DNA of 64,000 nt, from the NCBI GenBank assembly GCA_016735295.1, contig JAERRU010000018.1, positions 19,774-83,773 on the forward strand, given 5' to 3'. Every line of letters starts with the position of its first letter. Within the stretch, counting starts at the first letter, position 1. The position numbers and the translations under genes are program-made. Shown here piece by piece: positions 1 through 10,156 of the stretch. The notes beneath the pieces were generated by a model. It was not told the origin of the DNA and searched no databases. It was given only the letters and a program-made list of their open reading frames with translations. The stretch is from SAR324 cluster bacterium (GTDB taxonomy: Bacteria > SAR324 > XYD2-FULL-50-16 > JAERRU01).

Positions 1-558
1 CCTTGGTTGGTGGGATCATTATCATTTTTACTATCTTTTTTAGCTGTTTTAGGATTAATTTTAATCCATCATTTAGCTTCTCATGTATTAAAATATAAAA
101 ATGAGTTCAGGGAGAAGATTGCAAATTATTTTTTACTAACCTTTTTTGGAAGTTGCCTGATCAGCTTAATCATTATGCCTATTAATTTGTTAGTTTTTCA
201 AGGAGTTAATCTTTTACAGCCTTTTAGTAACATTATACATATCCCCCTTGCTTCTTTAATCATCATACCTTACGCTTTTTTGATAATCCCATTACTTGCC
301 TTTAGCTACTGGGCACCTGATATTAGCTTTATTAATTATATAATAGATATCTATTTTAGAGGATTACAGATAATAATTGATTGGTGGATTAAATTAATTG
401 AAATTAATTATAAAATAACCGGTTTTGCTAGTGTAAATTGGGAAATAAAAAATAGTCACCTGTTCGTGTGGATATGGGTTATATTGGTACTTTTTATATG
501 CTTAGGAACCTTTTATCAAATGACTAAATTAAAATTAACTATCTTAAATAACCAATAA
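1..558 (+). CDS. comEC: ComEC/Rec2 competence membrane protein, C-terminal part (5'-truncated by window edge)
   Basis: Frame is open from base 1 (PWLVGSLSFLLSFLAVLGLI). The SFLLSFLAVLG and ISLIIMPI..F......NIIHIPLASLIIIP segments match the end of the ComEC Competence domain. Hydrophobic throughout. Confidence 0.65.
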   Translation, partial: PWLVGSLSFLLSFLAVLGLILIHHLASHVLKYKNEFREKIANYFLLTFFGSCLISLIIMPINLLVFQGVNLLQPFSNIIHIPLASLIIIPYAFLIIPLLAFSYWAPDISFINYIIDIYFRGLQIIIDWWIKLIEINYKITGFASVNWEIKNSHLFVWIWVILVLFICLGTFYQMTKLKLTILNNQ

Positions 559-578
559 TCACAAAATATACTAAAACT

Positions 579-2546
579 ATGACTGATTTTTTTGAAACTG
601 ATGATAATAATAATGATGATGCTGATGCTGATAATCAAGCCTTTGCCATACTAGCTGAAGAGGAGAAAAGCTTAAGCACACAAGATTATGATATAAAAAG
701 AATTCAAGGAACTGATGGAGTAAGGGGTAAAATGGTTTTTAATACTAAAAATCCTCTGTATGACCTAATCCACAAAAGACTTATCAGTCCTCAATTTATT
801 GAATTTTATGTTTATAGTTGGGGCAGGCTGTTAATAGAAGAATCATCTAGTAATGGCATTAAGGAAGGGGAAGTAAGCCCTAAAAATGAAATAATTATTG
901 CCCAAGACCCTCGTGATAAAAGTGATGCATTCTTAAAAGCAGCAATTAGTGGAATAAATAAAGCAGGGCTAAAAGTAGTTTATATTGGCCATTTACCAAC
1001 TCCAGCAATACCTTTTTATCTATTAATAGCAAATGCTATAGGTGGCATTATGTTAACTGCGTCACACAATTCTGCTGATGAGCATGGTATTAAATTATTT
1101 GATAATGAGGGCTTTAAATATTTACCTGAATATGACTATAGATTAACTGAAATAGTTAAAACTTTAGACTATCAAATTATCGCAAACTTACCAGGAAATG
1201 ACGCCTCTTTTAAAGATAATTATCGCTTAGCTAAAGAAGAATTTATAAAATTTAGTCTAAAAAGTTGGCATAGCCTAACTAACCATAAACCAGTTTTAAA
1301 AGATTACCGCTTAGTATTAGATCTATCTAATGGGGCCACCTGTTCCATAGCAAAAGAAATATTCACCAATCTTGGTGCTAAAGAAGTTTTTATGACCAAC
1401 GACAGTTTTGATAATGAAATTAATAAAAATTGTGGAGTATGCGACTTTGAAGAAAAATCTATCATCACCAAAACTAACTGGCAAGAAAAGGATAGTAAAT
1501 GGCGAAAATTTGCTACTATAAATTTATTATTCAAACTATCAGTACCCAGTGGTGATAATTTAGTCGGTATTATATTTGACGGAGACGGCGATAGATTTGT
1601 GATGCTAGAATATGATAAAAATCAAGACGCTATTTTAATTAGATCGGGAGACTACCTAGCAGCAAAATTTATTGATTACGAAACCAATAATTCAGCAAAT
1701 AAAGCTATCGTTAACACCATAGAATCAGATCACTGCATAGATAGCTACGCCAAGAGCAAAGGTTGGCAAATTCATAAGCAATCTATAGGAGATAAATGGT
1801 TAGCTAGCTGTGTGGCTGATTTGGCTAATAAAAAATTAAAAAAAGATATTATCTTCGGGTATGAATCATCCGGACATTTTATATTTTTAGAAGAGATAAA
1901 AAAAACTAATCCTAATAAAGATAAATTTATAATCGCCGGAAATGGGGTGCTAGCCGCTCTTCACGCTCTAGCTGTCTTAGATAATAAACAACCAACCAGC
2001 TATCTTCCTGGTAAGCGATTTACTATGCATATCTATTTTATAAATAAAAGTAAACTAGGCAATCTTGATTTTAAAAATCAACTTAAAGATATGATAATAA
2101 CTAAAATTAGTGATTATGAAAATTTAGGTTGCCAAGCGGTAGATTTTGAATTTGAAGAAGATTTAGTTAACTTTAATGTGTTCGATCAACATAAAACCAT
2201 TATTGGTCGAATATTTATTCGTAATTCAGGTACAGAAAATAAAGCTACTATTAGTGTCAGATGCGAAAAATCTGCCTATACGCAGCTAAGTAATATCGCT
2301 ACTGAAATTTATACATACCTATGGTTTAAGCTAAAAGACCTTAATTTATCAGAAAATAACCTGATAATTAAAATTTTAACCACTGAAAATGAAAAAATGT
2401 TATCTTTTCATAGTAAATATCCTAAAATATTTCAAAAGGTGCGCTCCATACTAGAAGATAAAGAACTGCTAATAACCAACCAAACTTTAACCCCTTTGGG
2501 ACAATCGGTTAAAAATTTACTTATCAATAAAATTAATCAACCTTAA
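579..2546 (+). CDS. Alpha-D-phosphohexomutase family enzyme (GlmM/PMM-like)
   Basis: Motifs GTDGVRG, catalytic TASHN, metal loop DGDGDR, sugar loop GYESSGH and phosphate-binding RNSGTE. Confidence 0.9.
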   Translation: MTDFFETDDNNNDDADADNQAFAILAEEEKSLSTQDYDIKRIQGTDGVRGKMVFNTKNPLYDLIHKRLISPQFIEFYVYSWGRLLIEESSSNGIKEGEVSPKNEIIIAQDPRDKSDAFLKAAISGINKAGLKVVYIGHLPTPAIPFYLLIANAIGGIMLTASHNSADEHGIKLFDNEGFKYLPEYDYRLTEIVKTLDYQIIANLPGNDASFKDNYRLAKEEFIKFSLKSWHSLTNHKPVLKDYRLVLDLSNGATCSIAKEIFTNLGAKEVFMTNDSFDNEINKNCGVCDFEEKSIITKTNWQEKDSKWRKFATINLLFKLSVPSGDNLVGIIFDGDGDRFVMLEYDKNQDAILIRSGDYLAAKFIDYETNNSANKAIVNTIESDHCIDSYAKSKGWQIHKQSIGDKWLASCVADLANKKLKKDIIFGYESSGHFIFLEEIKKTNPNKDKFIIAGNGVLAALHALAVLDNKQPTSYLPGKRFTMHIYFINKSKLGNLDFKNQLKDMIITKISDYENLGCQAVDFEFEEDLVNFNVFDQHKTIIGRIFIRNSGTENKATISVRCEKSAYTQLSNIATEIYTYLWFKLKDLNLSENNLIIKILTTENEKMLSFHSKYPKIFQKVRSILEDKELLITNQTLTPLGQSVKNLLINKINQP

Positions 2547-2574
2547 TTCATCACCCCGCAAAAAAATATATCAC

Positions 2575-3963
2575 CTAAAGCAACATAGCGTCATGCACCA
2601 CCCTAAGAGCCTTTAGGTGATCTTTATCATTAATAACGCAAGAAATATTAATCTCAGACGCCCCTTGAGTAATCATTTCAATATTAACATCTTGCTTAGC
2701 TAAAGTGCTAAACATTTTAGCTGCGGTGCCAACAGAGCGGTTCATTCCTCTGCCTACTAAACTTAAAATTGCCATATTCTTCAATACCGAAACCTCGGCA
2801 ATCTTTTTTAACTCAAGCACCGCATTCATTATGCTAATATTTGAATCAGCGGTTAATGATATGCTAACCTCAGAAGTAGCAATAAGATCTATCACCACCC
2901 TATTAGCATTAAGCACATTAAATACACTCGACATAAACCCATGAGCCATCAACATTCGATTAGATTTAATATTTAATACTTGCACATTACGCTTAATGGT
3001 CACTGCGACTGGTTTATTATGAATTTGCTCATCTCCAGCAGCATCAGCAATAATCACAGTTCCAGGTAAATCAGGTTTTAAAGAATGCTTAATTCTTACC
3101 GGTATACCATCTTTAATTACTTGCTCAATAGTAAAAGGATGTATCACCTCAGCTCCATAATAGGTAATCTCTGCCGCTTCTTCTGGTGATAATTTAGGCA
3201 CTACATAAGCATTTTTAATTTGTTTAGGATCGGCAGAATAAACTCCATCAACATCTTTCCAAATTTGTAATTCATCAACAGTCAAACTAGCCGCCACCGT
3301 GGCCGCAGTAAAATCAGTATACCCCCTCCCTATACCGGCTAAAATTCCACCTGGTACCTTGCCAATAAATCCGGTTAATACCGGCACTTCATCGGTTAAC
3401 GTGTTTAATCTTTTTGTTATATTAGCTCTTAGCAATGTATGAAAATGACGATTAACCTGGCTTATCCCGCTATCAATTATTATATCTTCTAATGGCAAAA
3501 ACCTAGCGGGCACAGATATAGATTGCAGCACCACACTAAGCAACATAGCCGATAGTCTTTCTCCGGTTGATAATATTAGGTCACTGCTTCTGCTAGAAAG
3601 CTCTCCTACGACTTCTACTGCTCTGAGAAAATGATTTAATTGACTTAATTCTTTATCCACAAAATTTTTGACATTTTGCCGATTTTTACTATCTGCTATT
3701 AGCTCGTTTATTATATTCAAGTGATTTTCTTGAATTAAAGCCAAAAAAGGTTGTGGATCTATTTTTTGTAAGGCACTACCACTCGCCTTTAAAAGTAATG
3801 AAGTAGTTCCTGTTTCTTTATCAAGATTACTTATCGCCGATACCACGACCAGGGTTTTTTGTTTTTGCCAACTTTTTTTAATTATTTTGGCAACTTTCAT
3901 CATACGTTCAGGGCTGCCTAGGCTGGTTCCGCCAAATTTTTGTACTATCGTTCGATTAGTCAT
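2575..3963 (-). CDS. lysC: Aspartate kinase with two C-terminal ACT domains
   Basis: VQKFGGTS, VVVSA, TGERLS, GRGYTD, WKDVDGVYSADP, NIEMITQGASEINIS. Confidence 0.95.
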   Translation of the reverse strand: MTNRTIVQKFGGTSLGSPERMMKVAKIIKKSWQKQKTLVVVSAISNLDKETGTTSLLLKASGSALQKIDPQPFLALIQENHLNIINELIADSKNRQNVKNFVDKELSQLNHFLRAVEVVGELSSRSSDLILSTGERLSAMLLSVVLQSISVPARFLPLEDIIIDSGISQVNRHFHTLLRANITKRLNTLTDEVPVLTGFIGKVPGGILAGIGRGYTDFTAATVAASLTVDELQIWKDVDGVYSADPKQIKNAYVVPKLSPEEAAEITYYGAEVIHPFTIEQVIKDGIPVRIKHSLKPDLPGTVIIADAAGDEQIHNKPVAVTIKRNVQVLNIKSNRMLMAHGFMSSVFNVLNANRVVIDLIATSEVSISLTADSNISIMNAVLELKKIAEVSVLKNMAILSLVGRGMNRSVGTAAKMFSTLAKQDVNIEMITQGASEINISCVINDKDHLKALRVVHDAMLL

Positions 3964-4141
3964 ATACTATTTTTTAGTTAACAAACTTAGTTACTGATTT
4001 AATGTTTGATGATTAATAGTTGTGATATATTTATTAAATTAAGTAAATAGCCCATCAAAGCACATTTAACACGACCTTAGAATGTTAGTCAATTAGGTTT
4101 TTTTCAAAATTTATTATCAGAAACTTTATCTAAGTAGAAAA

Positions 4142-4171
4142 TTGACTTTACTATCAATATAATGCTATAAG
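4142..4171 (+). promoter_or_regulatory. Putative sigma70 promoter for the 4227 gene
   Basis: TTGACT-N18-TATAAG with a TG extended -10 element. The AT-rich background lowers certainty. Confidence 0.35.
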
Positions 4172-4226
4172 ACAAGCAAATTTTTTAATATCTAAGCAAC
4201 TTTTAACTCTTTCAATATGCTAGACA

Positions 4227-5129
4227 ATGATTGCTACTAGATGTAATTTTATTGGTAAAAAAATACAACTTTATTACCTCATTGCCGGAGCAATTGGGTC
4301 AATATTTATATTTGGTATTTCATCATGTCAAAAATCGCTTGATTTTGCCAGCCTGAAAGTAGAAGAAAGTGATCTATTGCTAAGCAGTACTCCTTTAAAT
4401 AACGAAGAAATGCTTTTTAAGCATGATTCGTTGATTTTATATGTGCTCCCCACTAAGATAGCCTCCCTTGCTGAAATAAACTGGCTTAAAGAAAGATTTA
4501 ATCTGGTATTTAGTTTTCGAGGGCAAACACCGTTAATTTTAGCCAAACAAAACAATAATAATAAAGGACTAAATACTATCTTTAAGCGAGATTCTTATCC
4601 TCTTAAAATTAATTCATTTGCATACAAAAGCTATCTTAAAAATAATGACTACGCCTTATTTATTAAGATATTAGCTAGAAATACATCTCTATTAAATAAA
4701 AAATCGGCAAAGTTTGATGTGGTTGTTTTTGCCTACAACAAAAAAGGAGAGCTGATAAATGAAGGAAATATCAATACTATTAGCATCAGAAATAATGATT
4801 CTTCTTTGGGTTATGCGAGAAATAGGCTTAATAAATTTATTGAAACATACTTTCCCATCAAAGGTTTAGTTATCCAAGTTAGAGGAGGTCAAAAAGCTGC
4901 CAAAATATCGGTAGGTAGATCTGCTGGCACTATAGCTAATCAAAAATTTGCATTATACGATAGGGATAAAATATCACTAAAAGAATTTAGTGTTTTACGC
5001 AATAATCACCTTAATTTTAAATCTAATAAGCAGATAATAGAACTAGTCGCTGTTGAAGAAGATGAAAGCTGGTTTTATATTACCCAGCCTCCAATAAAAA
5101 TTGGCGATATTGTTATTTCTATACCCTAA
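4227..5129 (+). CDS. Hypothetical lipoprotein, C-terminus weakly FlgT_C-like
   Basis: Hydrophobic N-terminus ending ISSC (lipobox-like). C-terminal FPIKGLVIQV....KISVGRSAG....FALY pattern. Confidence 0.6.
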   Translation: MIATRCNFIGKKIQLYYLIAGAIGSIFIFGISSCQKSLDFASLKVEESDLLLSSTPLNNEEMLFKHDSLILYVLPTKIASLAEINWLKERFNLVFSFRGQTPLILAKQNNNNKGLNTIFKRDSYPLKINSFAYKSYLKNNDYALFIKILARNTSLLNKKSAKFDVVVFAYNKKGELINEGNINTISIRNNDSSLGYARNRLNKFIETYFPIKGLVIQVRGGQKAAKISVGRSAGTIANQKFALYDRDKISLKEFSVLRNNHLNFKSNKQIIELVAVEEDESWFYITQPPIKIGDIVISIP

Positions 5130-5140
5130 TTTAACTTTAT

Positions 5141-5160
5141 ATAATATAATATAATATAAT
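5141..5160. repeat. (ATAAT)4 intergenic microsatellite
   Basis: ataat repeated four times directly, 25 nt upstream of the 5186 start. Confidence 0.8.
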
Positions 5161-5185
5161 ACCTTAACGCCTATTTTGATATAAT

Positions 5186-6994
5186 ATGATGGACTACAAT
5201 AATGTAGAAAATATTGATGATGATGAATTCTTAACCAACTATTCCCCTAAGAACAAAGCTGAGGAGCATCTATTTAAAGCACTTAATTTGATGAAAGCTG
5301 AACTTTTTCAAGCAGCGATGGTAGAATTTCATCAAGCTTGTCAGTTAAATCCGCAAGAGATAGTGCCTTTAGCGAAAAAGATATATACAGAAAAAATAAA
5401 ACTTCAGCAGTATGAAGCCGCTTTAGTTGTGGGGGTATTGCTTTTATCTTTGGATGATACTGACTATATTTTGGCCACTGAATTAGCTGGATATGCCCGC
5501 AAGAATAATGATTATATGCAGGCAACATCTCTTTATAGAAAAGCGTTAACGATAGATCCAAATTATATGCTGGCCCTTTGTAATTTAGGAGCTAGTTTAG
5601 AAAAGGTTCCTTATTATGACCAAGACGCCATATTAGCCTATAAATATTTTAATAATACTGATTTTATATTTCCTGAATATTTGGTATTATCCGAAGATGG
5701 TAAGTATGAGTTTGATAATGGTTATATAGATAGTATAACCAGCAAGACTATTGAATATTTAACACAGAAACAAGAAGAGAAATATAATAAAAACCTTGCA
5801 ATAGCTAGCAAAGTTGGTGTATCTAAGGAGATAGGCACATCGGTCGCTAATACTTGGCAAACCAAAAAGAGTTTTTCCAAAAGAGACCTCACTCCCACCA
5901 ACTATAAGCAGTATTTAGATCATTTATCAGCTAACGACCATGAACTGCAAGACATATGTAACTACAACATCATTCTTTTATATTTAAAAGAAAATGTAAA
6001 CATATTGGCCTTAGGTGAAAGGGTAGTTCTTTTAACGAAAAAGCTAGAGACCACTAAAAAGGAACTTCCTCATTTTGATATTCTCGCTGGGCTATATTAC
6101 GCAAGGATTGGTCAAAGCGATAAGGCAATCAATATTTTCTTCAATGTTTTAAAAAAAGATAGGTTTGATCGTTACGCCAATGCTAATTTAGGGCTAATTT
6201 GTCGTAAAGTAGGGCGAATGCAACAATCGGCTCGTTATTTGATATTTGCTTATTATTTATATCGGCGGGCACTTAATAGTTTTAATATTAATAACCTTAT
6301 AATACAGGCAAGGATAAAATTTTCTTCACGGGTATTTAGAGTAGCCAAGGGATATTTTATGATTCTAATTGAAGAAGGATACGCTGAAGTTGAAGATTAT
6401 ATCTCTTGTGTGCAATGCTGGGATTTTGAAAAAAATACCGATAAAGCTATAGAAATCATCCAACAATGTATAGCCAAATTTCCTGAAAGCGAATCAGCAA
6501 AAATAACTCTATCTGATTTTTATGATGTGTTGTTGGCTCGCGCCGATACATTATTATTAGAAAATAATCGGGAAAGAATGGCCTTCGACTTATATAAAAA
6601 GGCATATATACTTGATCACAGGCTAGATCTTATCAAAAAATTATTAGTGATCATGAGAAAAATAAAAAAGCTTAGTGATGATGAAAAGAAATTTCGCGTA
6701 CATCTAAAAACAGAGCTAAATAATATGCTAAGCTCTGTACCTAGCATAGGTAATGAGATTATACAAAATCGAAAAGAAAATACAGAAGATCGACGCATTG
6801 AATACTTAAAAAAGGCAAAAAAATTAATACGGGAAAATAAATATCTTCCAGCAGTTGCCTTTTTAGAATCAGCATTCAGAATTAAAAATGATCAGGCTAC
6901 ATATTCTATATTAAGCAATTTATATAAAGCGTTAGGCAATCATGATGATTTAGAAAAATTAAATAAGCGACAGCCAACAATAATAAATCGTTGA
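5186..6994 (+). CDS. Tetratricopeptide repeat protein (no signal peptide)
   Basis: Several TPR-like helices, e.g. ATSLYRKALTIDPNYMLALCNLG and AVAFLESAFRIKNDQATYSILSNLYKALG. Confidence 0.8.
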   Translation: MMDYNNVENIDDDEFLTNYSPKNKAEEHLFKALNLMKAELFQAAMVEFHQACQLNPQEIVPLAKKIYTEKIKLQQYEAALVVGVLLLSLDDTDYILATELAGYARKNNDYMQATSLYRKALTIDPNYMLALCNLGASLEKVPYYDQDAILAYKYFNNTDFIFPEYLVLSEDGKYEFDNGYIDSITSKTIEYLTQKQEEKYNKNLAIASKVGVSKEIGTSVANTWQTKKSFSKRDLTPTNYKQYLDHLSANDHELQDICNYNIILLYLKENVNILALGERVVLLTKKLETTKKELPHFDILAGLYYARIGQSDKAINIFFNVLKKDRFDRYANANLGLICRKVGRMQQSARYLIFAYYLYRRALNSFNINNLIIQARIKFSSRVFRVAKGYFMILIEEGYAEVEDYISCVQCWDFEKNTDKAIEIIQQCIAKFPESESAKITLSDFYDVLLARADTLLLENNRERMAFDLYKKAYILDHRLDLIKKLLVIMRKIKKLSDDEKKFRVHLKTELNNMLSSVPSIGNEIIQNRKENTEDRRIEYLKKAKKLIRENKYLPAVAFLESAFRIKNDQATYSILSNLYKALGNHDDLEKLNKRQPTIINR

Positions 6995-7054
6995 TGAAAA
7001 GCGAAAATCGCTCCAAAATTAAAACTTCGAATTTAGATTCTAACAAGTATATTT

Positions 7055-7432
7055 ATGGCGAAAGAGAGATTAGCAAAGGATGAGGAGAAAAATAAAATTA
7101 ACAACGAGGAAAAAAAAGATGCCCACAAATATAGTTTTATAGAACAATTAGGGGAAACAGCAACTGATATTGCTACCTCAGAGCCCCCTTTTTGCCGGGT
7201 ATTGATTCATAATGATGACCATACACCAATGGATTTTGTGGTAGATATCATTAAAAAACATTTTCACAAAAACAATGATGAGGCAGTAGATATAATGTTG
7301 CGTGTGCACCACAATGGCACAGGAATTTGTGGCGTTTACTCACAAGACATAGCAGAAACAAAAGCTTTAATGGTAATGGAAGATGCTAGAAAACATAGCT
7401 ACCCATTGCAGTGTTCAATAGAGGAGGTATAG
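7055..7432 (+). CDS. clpS: ATP-dependent Clp protease adaptor ClpS
   Basis: VLIHNDDHTPMDFVV, IMLRVHHNG, YPLQCSIEE. Abuts clpA. Confidence 0.97.
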   Translation: MAKERLAKDEEKNKINNEEKKDAHKYSFIEQLGETATDIATSEPPFCRVLIHNDDHTPMDFVVDIIKKHFHKNNDEAVDIMLRVHHNGTGICGVYSQDIAETKALMVMEDARKHSYPLQCSIEEV

Positions 7433-9736
7433 ATGTTAAGTAAATCTTTAGAAAACGCTATCTTATCGGCAGCGAGAGATGCCAAGCATAGAAATCATGA
7501 AATGATTACTTTGGAGCATCTATTTTTAGCTCTTCTATATGATCAGCAAACTATAGATATTTTGGAGGAGTGCGGGGCGGATAAAGACATATTACGCCAC
7601 CAGGTAGATAATTATTTATCTACTAAAGTAGAACCTTTAGCGGCTGGTTCATCAACAAAATCTCCGGTTCAAACGGCTGCGTTGCAAAGGGTTATTCAAC
7701 GAATACTATTGCAAATGCACACTTCTGAAGAAAGCGAGGCTTATGGTGGCCATGTTTTGGTGGCGATGTATAAAGAATTAGATTCTTATAGTTTATTCTT
7801 TATGCGTTCCCAAAATATAACTCGTTTGGATTTAATTCATGCGATGTCATTCATCAAAAAGAATCAAACATCGAGCAAGATGATATCGGGAAATTTGATG
7901 GATAATCAGCCGGAGAGGGCAAAATCGAAGCATAATTCTATTTTAAGTCAATACACTTCAAATTTAACGGAGCTAGCCAAAAAGGGTAGCTTTGATGATT
8001 TAATAGGCCGTACGCACGAATTAGAAAGAACTATTCAGATACTTTGTCGGCGACGTAAAAATAATCCTTTATTTGTAGGGGAGCCGGGGGTTGGTAAAAC
8101 AGCGATGGTTGAGGGGTTAGCCATGGCTCTACGAAAAGATGATGCTCCTGCTTTTTTGCAGGATGTAGAAATTTTTTTATTAGATTTAGGGGCTTTATTG
8201 GCAGGTACAAAATTTAGAGGAGATTTTGAACAACGCTTGAAAATGGTGATAAAGGACTTAAAAAAATATAAAAATCCCATTTTATTTATTGATGAAATAC
8301 ACACTTTAGTTGGGGCTGGAGCTACTAGCGGAAGTTCTTTGGACGCATCAAATATTTTAAAGCCTTTATTGCTCAATGGCAATCTTAAATGTATGGGGGC
8401 TACTACTTTCAAGGAATATCGCAATATATTTGCTAAGGATTCTGCTTTATCAAGAAGGTTCCAAAAAATTGAGATAATGGAGCCTAGCATTCAAGACACA
8501 TTTGAAATTTTAAAGGGAATAAAAGTAAAATATGAAGAACATTTTGAGATAAGCTATACCAATAGTTCTTTAAGAATGGCGGCGGAGCTTTCTAGTAAAT
8601 ATATACACAATCAATTTTTACCAGATAAAGCGATTGATGTGATAGATGAGGCGGGTGCGGCATTATTGTTAAATAGGTCTAATTCTAAGGCTAAGGTGCG
8701 TAAAAACACTATTAACACTGCTGATATTGAAAAAATTATCGCTACTATGACTAGGATACCCTCAAAAAAAATTAATGCTAATGAATCTGATACACTACGT
8801 TCTTTGGAGCATGATTTAAGAAAAAATATATTCGGTCAAGATAAGGCGTTAAGGGTGTTAGTTTCGGCTATTAAGAGAAATAAGGCTGGACTTAAGGATC
8901 CTAATCGGCCAATTGGGGTATTTTTATTATCTGGGCCAACGGGAGTGGGCAAAACTGAGGTTTGCGTGCAATTAAGCCGCATTTTGGGGATGCACTTTGA
9001 AAGATTTGATATGAGTGAATATATGGAAAAGCACGCAGTATCAAGGCTGATAGGCTCTCCTCCTGGCTATATTGGTTTTGATCAGGGAGGGCTTTTAACT
9101 AATGCGGTGACGAAACATCCCTATTCAGTAATTTTATTAGATGAAATAGAAAAGGCTCATCCTGATATATTTAATATCCTTTTACAGCTCATGGATTATG
9201 GTAAAATAACCGATAATATGGGGGATAGATCTGATTTTTGCAATGTTATTTTAATGTTAACATCTAATGTGGGCTCAAGAGAAAGATCGGCTAAAGCGGT
9301 GGGCTTCCATAATAAAAGTGAGAGTAAGGAAAAAGAGGCTATTGAGCGGTTATTTTCTCCTGAATTTAGGAACAGATTAGATGAAACCGTGTTGTTTGCC
9401 AACCTTGATAAAAGCGTAATGCTTGATGTGGTAGATAAATTTATCGGTGAATTACAGGTAAGATTAATTAAACAAAAAATAAAAATTATCGCTGATAAAA
9501 AAGCTAAAGCGTGGTTGGCGGATAAAGGATATAAGCCAGAATATGGAGCTAGGCCATTATCTAGAGTCATTCAAACTGAGGTTAGCGATAAACTATCGGA
9601 CGAGATATTATTTGGCAAACTATCCAAGGGAGGATCGGTGCTTATTTCGCTAAAAAATAATCAGCTAGTTTTTACTATTACCGAAAGAATTAGTAGTAAA
9701 AAAGCTCCTTCTATCAGCATGCCCGCTTCTATCTAA
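7433..9736 (+). CDS. clpA: ATP-dependent Clp protease ATP-binding subunit ClpA
   Basis: Clp N domain and two AAA+ modules (GEPGVGKT, GPTGVGKT) with no ClpB middle domain. VGF ClpP-docking loop. GAGGAGG SD. Follows clpS. Confidence 0.96.
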   Translation: MLSKSLENAILSAARDAKHRNHEMITLEHLFLALLYDQQTIDILEECGADKDILRHQVDNYLSTKVEPLAAGSSTKSPVQTAALQRVIQRILLQMHTSEESEAYGGHVLVAMYKELDSYSLFFMRSQNITRLDLIHAMSFIKKNQTSSKMISGNLMDNQPERAKSKHNSILSQYTSNLTELAKKGSFDDLIGRTHELERTIQILCRRRKNNPLFVGEPGVGKTAMVEGLAMALRKDDAPAFLQDVEIFLLDLGALLAGTKFRGDFEQRLKMVIKDLKKYKNPILFIDEIHTLVGAGATSGSSLDASNILKPLLLNGNLKCMGATTFKEYRNIFAKDSALSRRFQKIEIMEPSIQDTFEILKGIKVKYEEHFEISYTNSSLRMAAELSSKYIHNQFLPDKAIDVIDEAGAALLLNRSNSKAKVRKNTINTADIEKIIATMTRIPSKKINANESDTLRSLEHDLRKNIFGQDKALRVLVSAIKRNKAGLKDPNRPIGVFLLSGPTGVGKTEVCVQLSRILGMHFERFDMSEYMEKHAVSRLIGSPPGYIGFDQGGLLTNAVTKHPYSVILLDEIEKAHPDIFNILLQLMDYGKITDNMGDRSDFCNVILMLTSNVGSRERSAKAVGFHNKSESKEKEAIERLFSPEFRNRLDETVLFANLDKSVMLDVVDKFIGELQVRLIKQKIKIIADKKAKAWLADKGYKPEYGARPLSRVIQTEVSDKLSDEILFGKLSKGGSVLISLKNNQLVFTITERISSKKAPSISMPASI

Positions 9737-9746
9737 AATTAATGGT

Positions 9747-10133
9747 ATGTCATATATAAAGCGATTTATTTTAATTATCTGCATTATTTTTATAACTTCT
9801 TGTAGCGGATTTGTCCCTAAGAAAGAATATAATACTGATGCATTAAATTTTATCGCTTTATCTTTAATCAATAGCTACCGACAAGATATTAGCCCTGCCG
9901 ATGGAGCCAGATCTGGCAGCTATCCCACTGGTTCTGCATATGGCAGACAAGCCTTTATAAAATATGGATTTTGGGCGGGATTAATCATCACTAGCGACAG
10001 GCTAGTTCATGAAATACAACCTAACAAGGCCTATTTAATTTCATTTAAAGGAATTAAACGAAAGCATGACCCACTTAGTTTTAATAGCTATTGGTGGGAT
10101 AAATCGGTTAAAAACAGCTATCTTGCCCGGTAG
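9747..10133 (+). CDS. Hypothetical small lipoprotein
   Basis: MSYIKRFILIICIIFITSC signal and lipobox. Starts 10 nt after clpA. Confidence 0.65.
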   Translation: MSYIKRFILIICIIFITSCSGFVPKKEYNTDALNFIALSLINSYRQDISPADGARSGSYPTGSAYGRQAFIKYGFWAGLIITSDRLVHEIQPNKAYLISFKGIKRKHDPLSFNSYWWDKSVKNSYLAR

Positions 10134-10156
10134 TTAGTCAGTAAAAAAAACATTAT

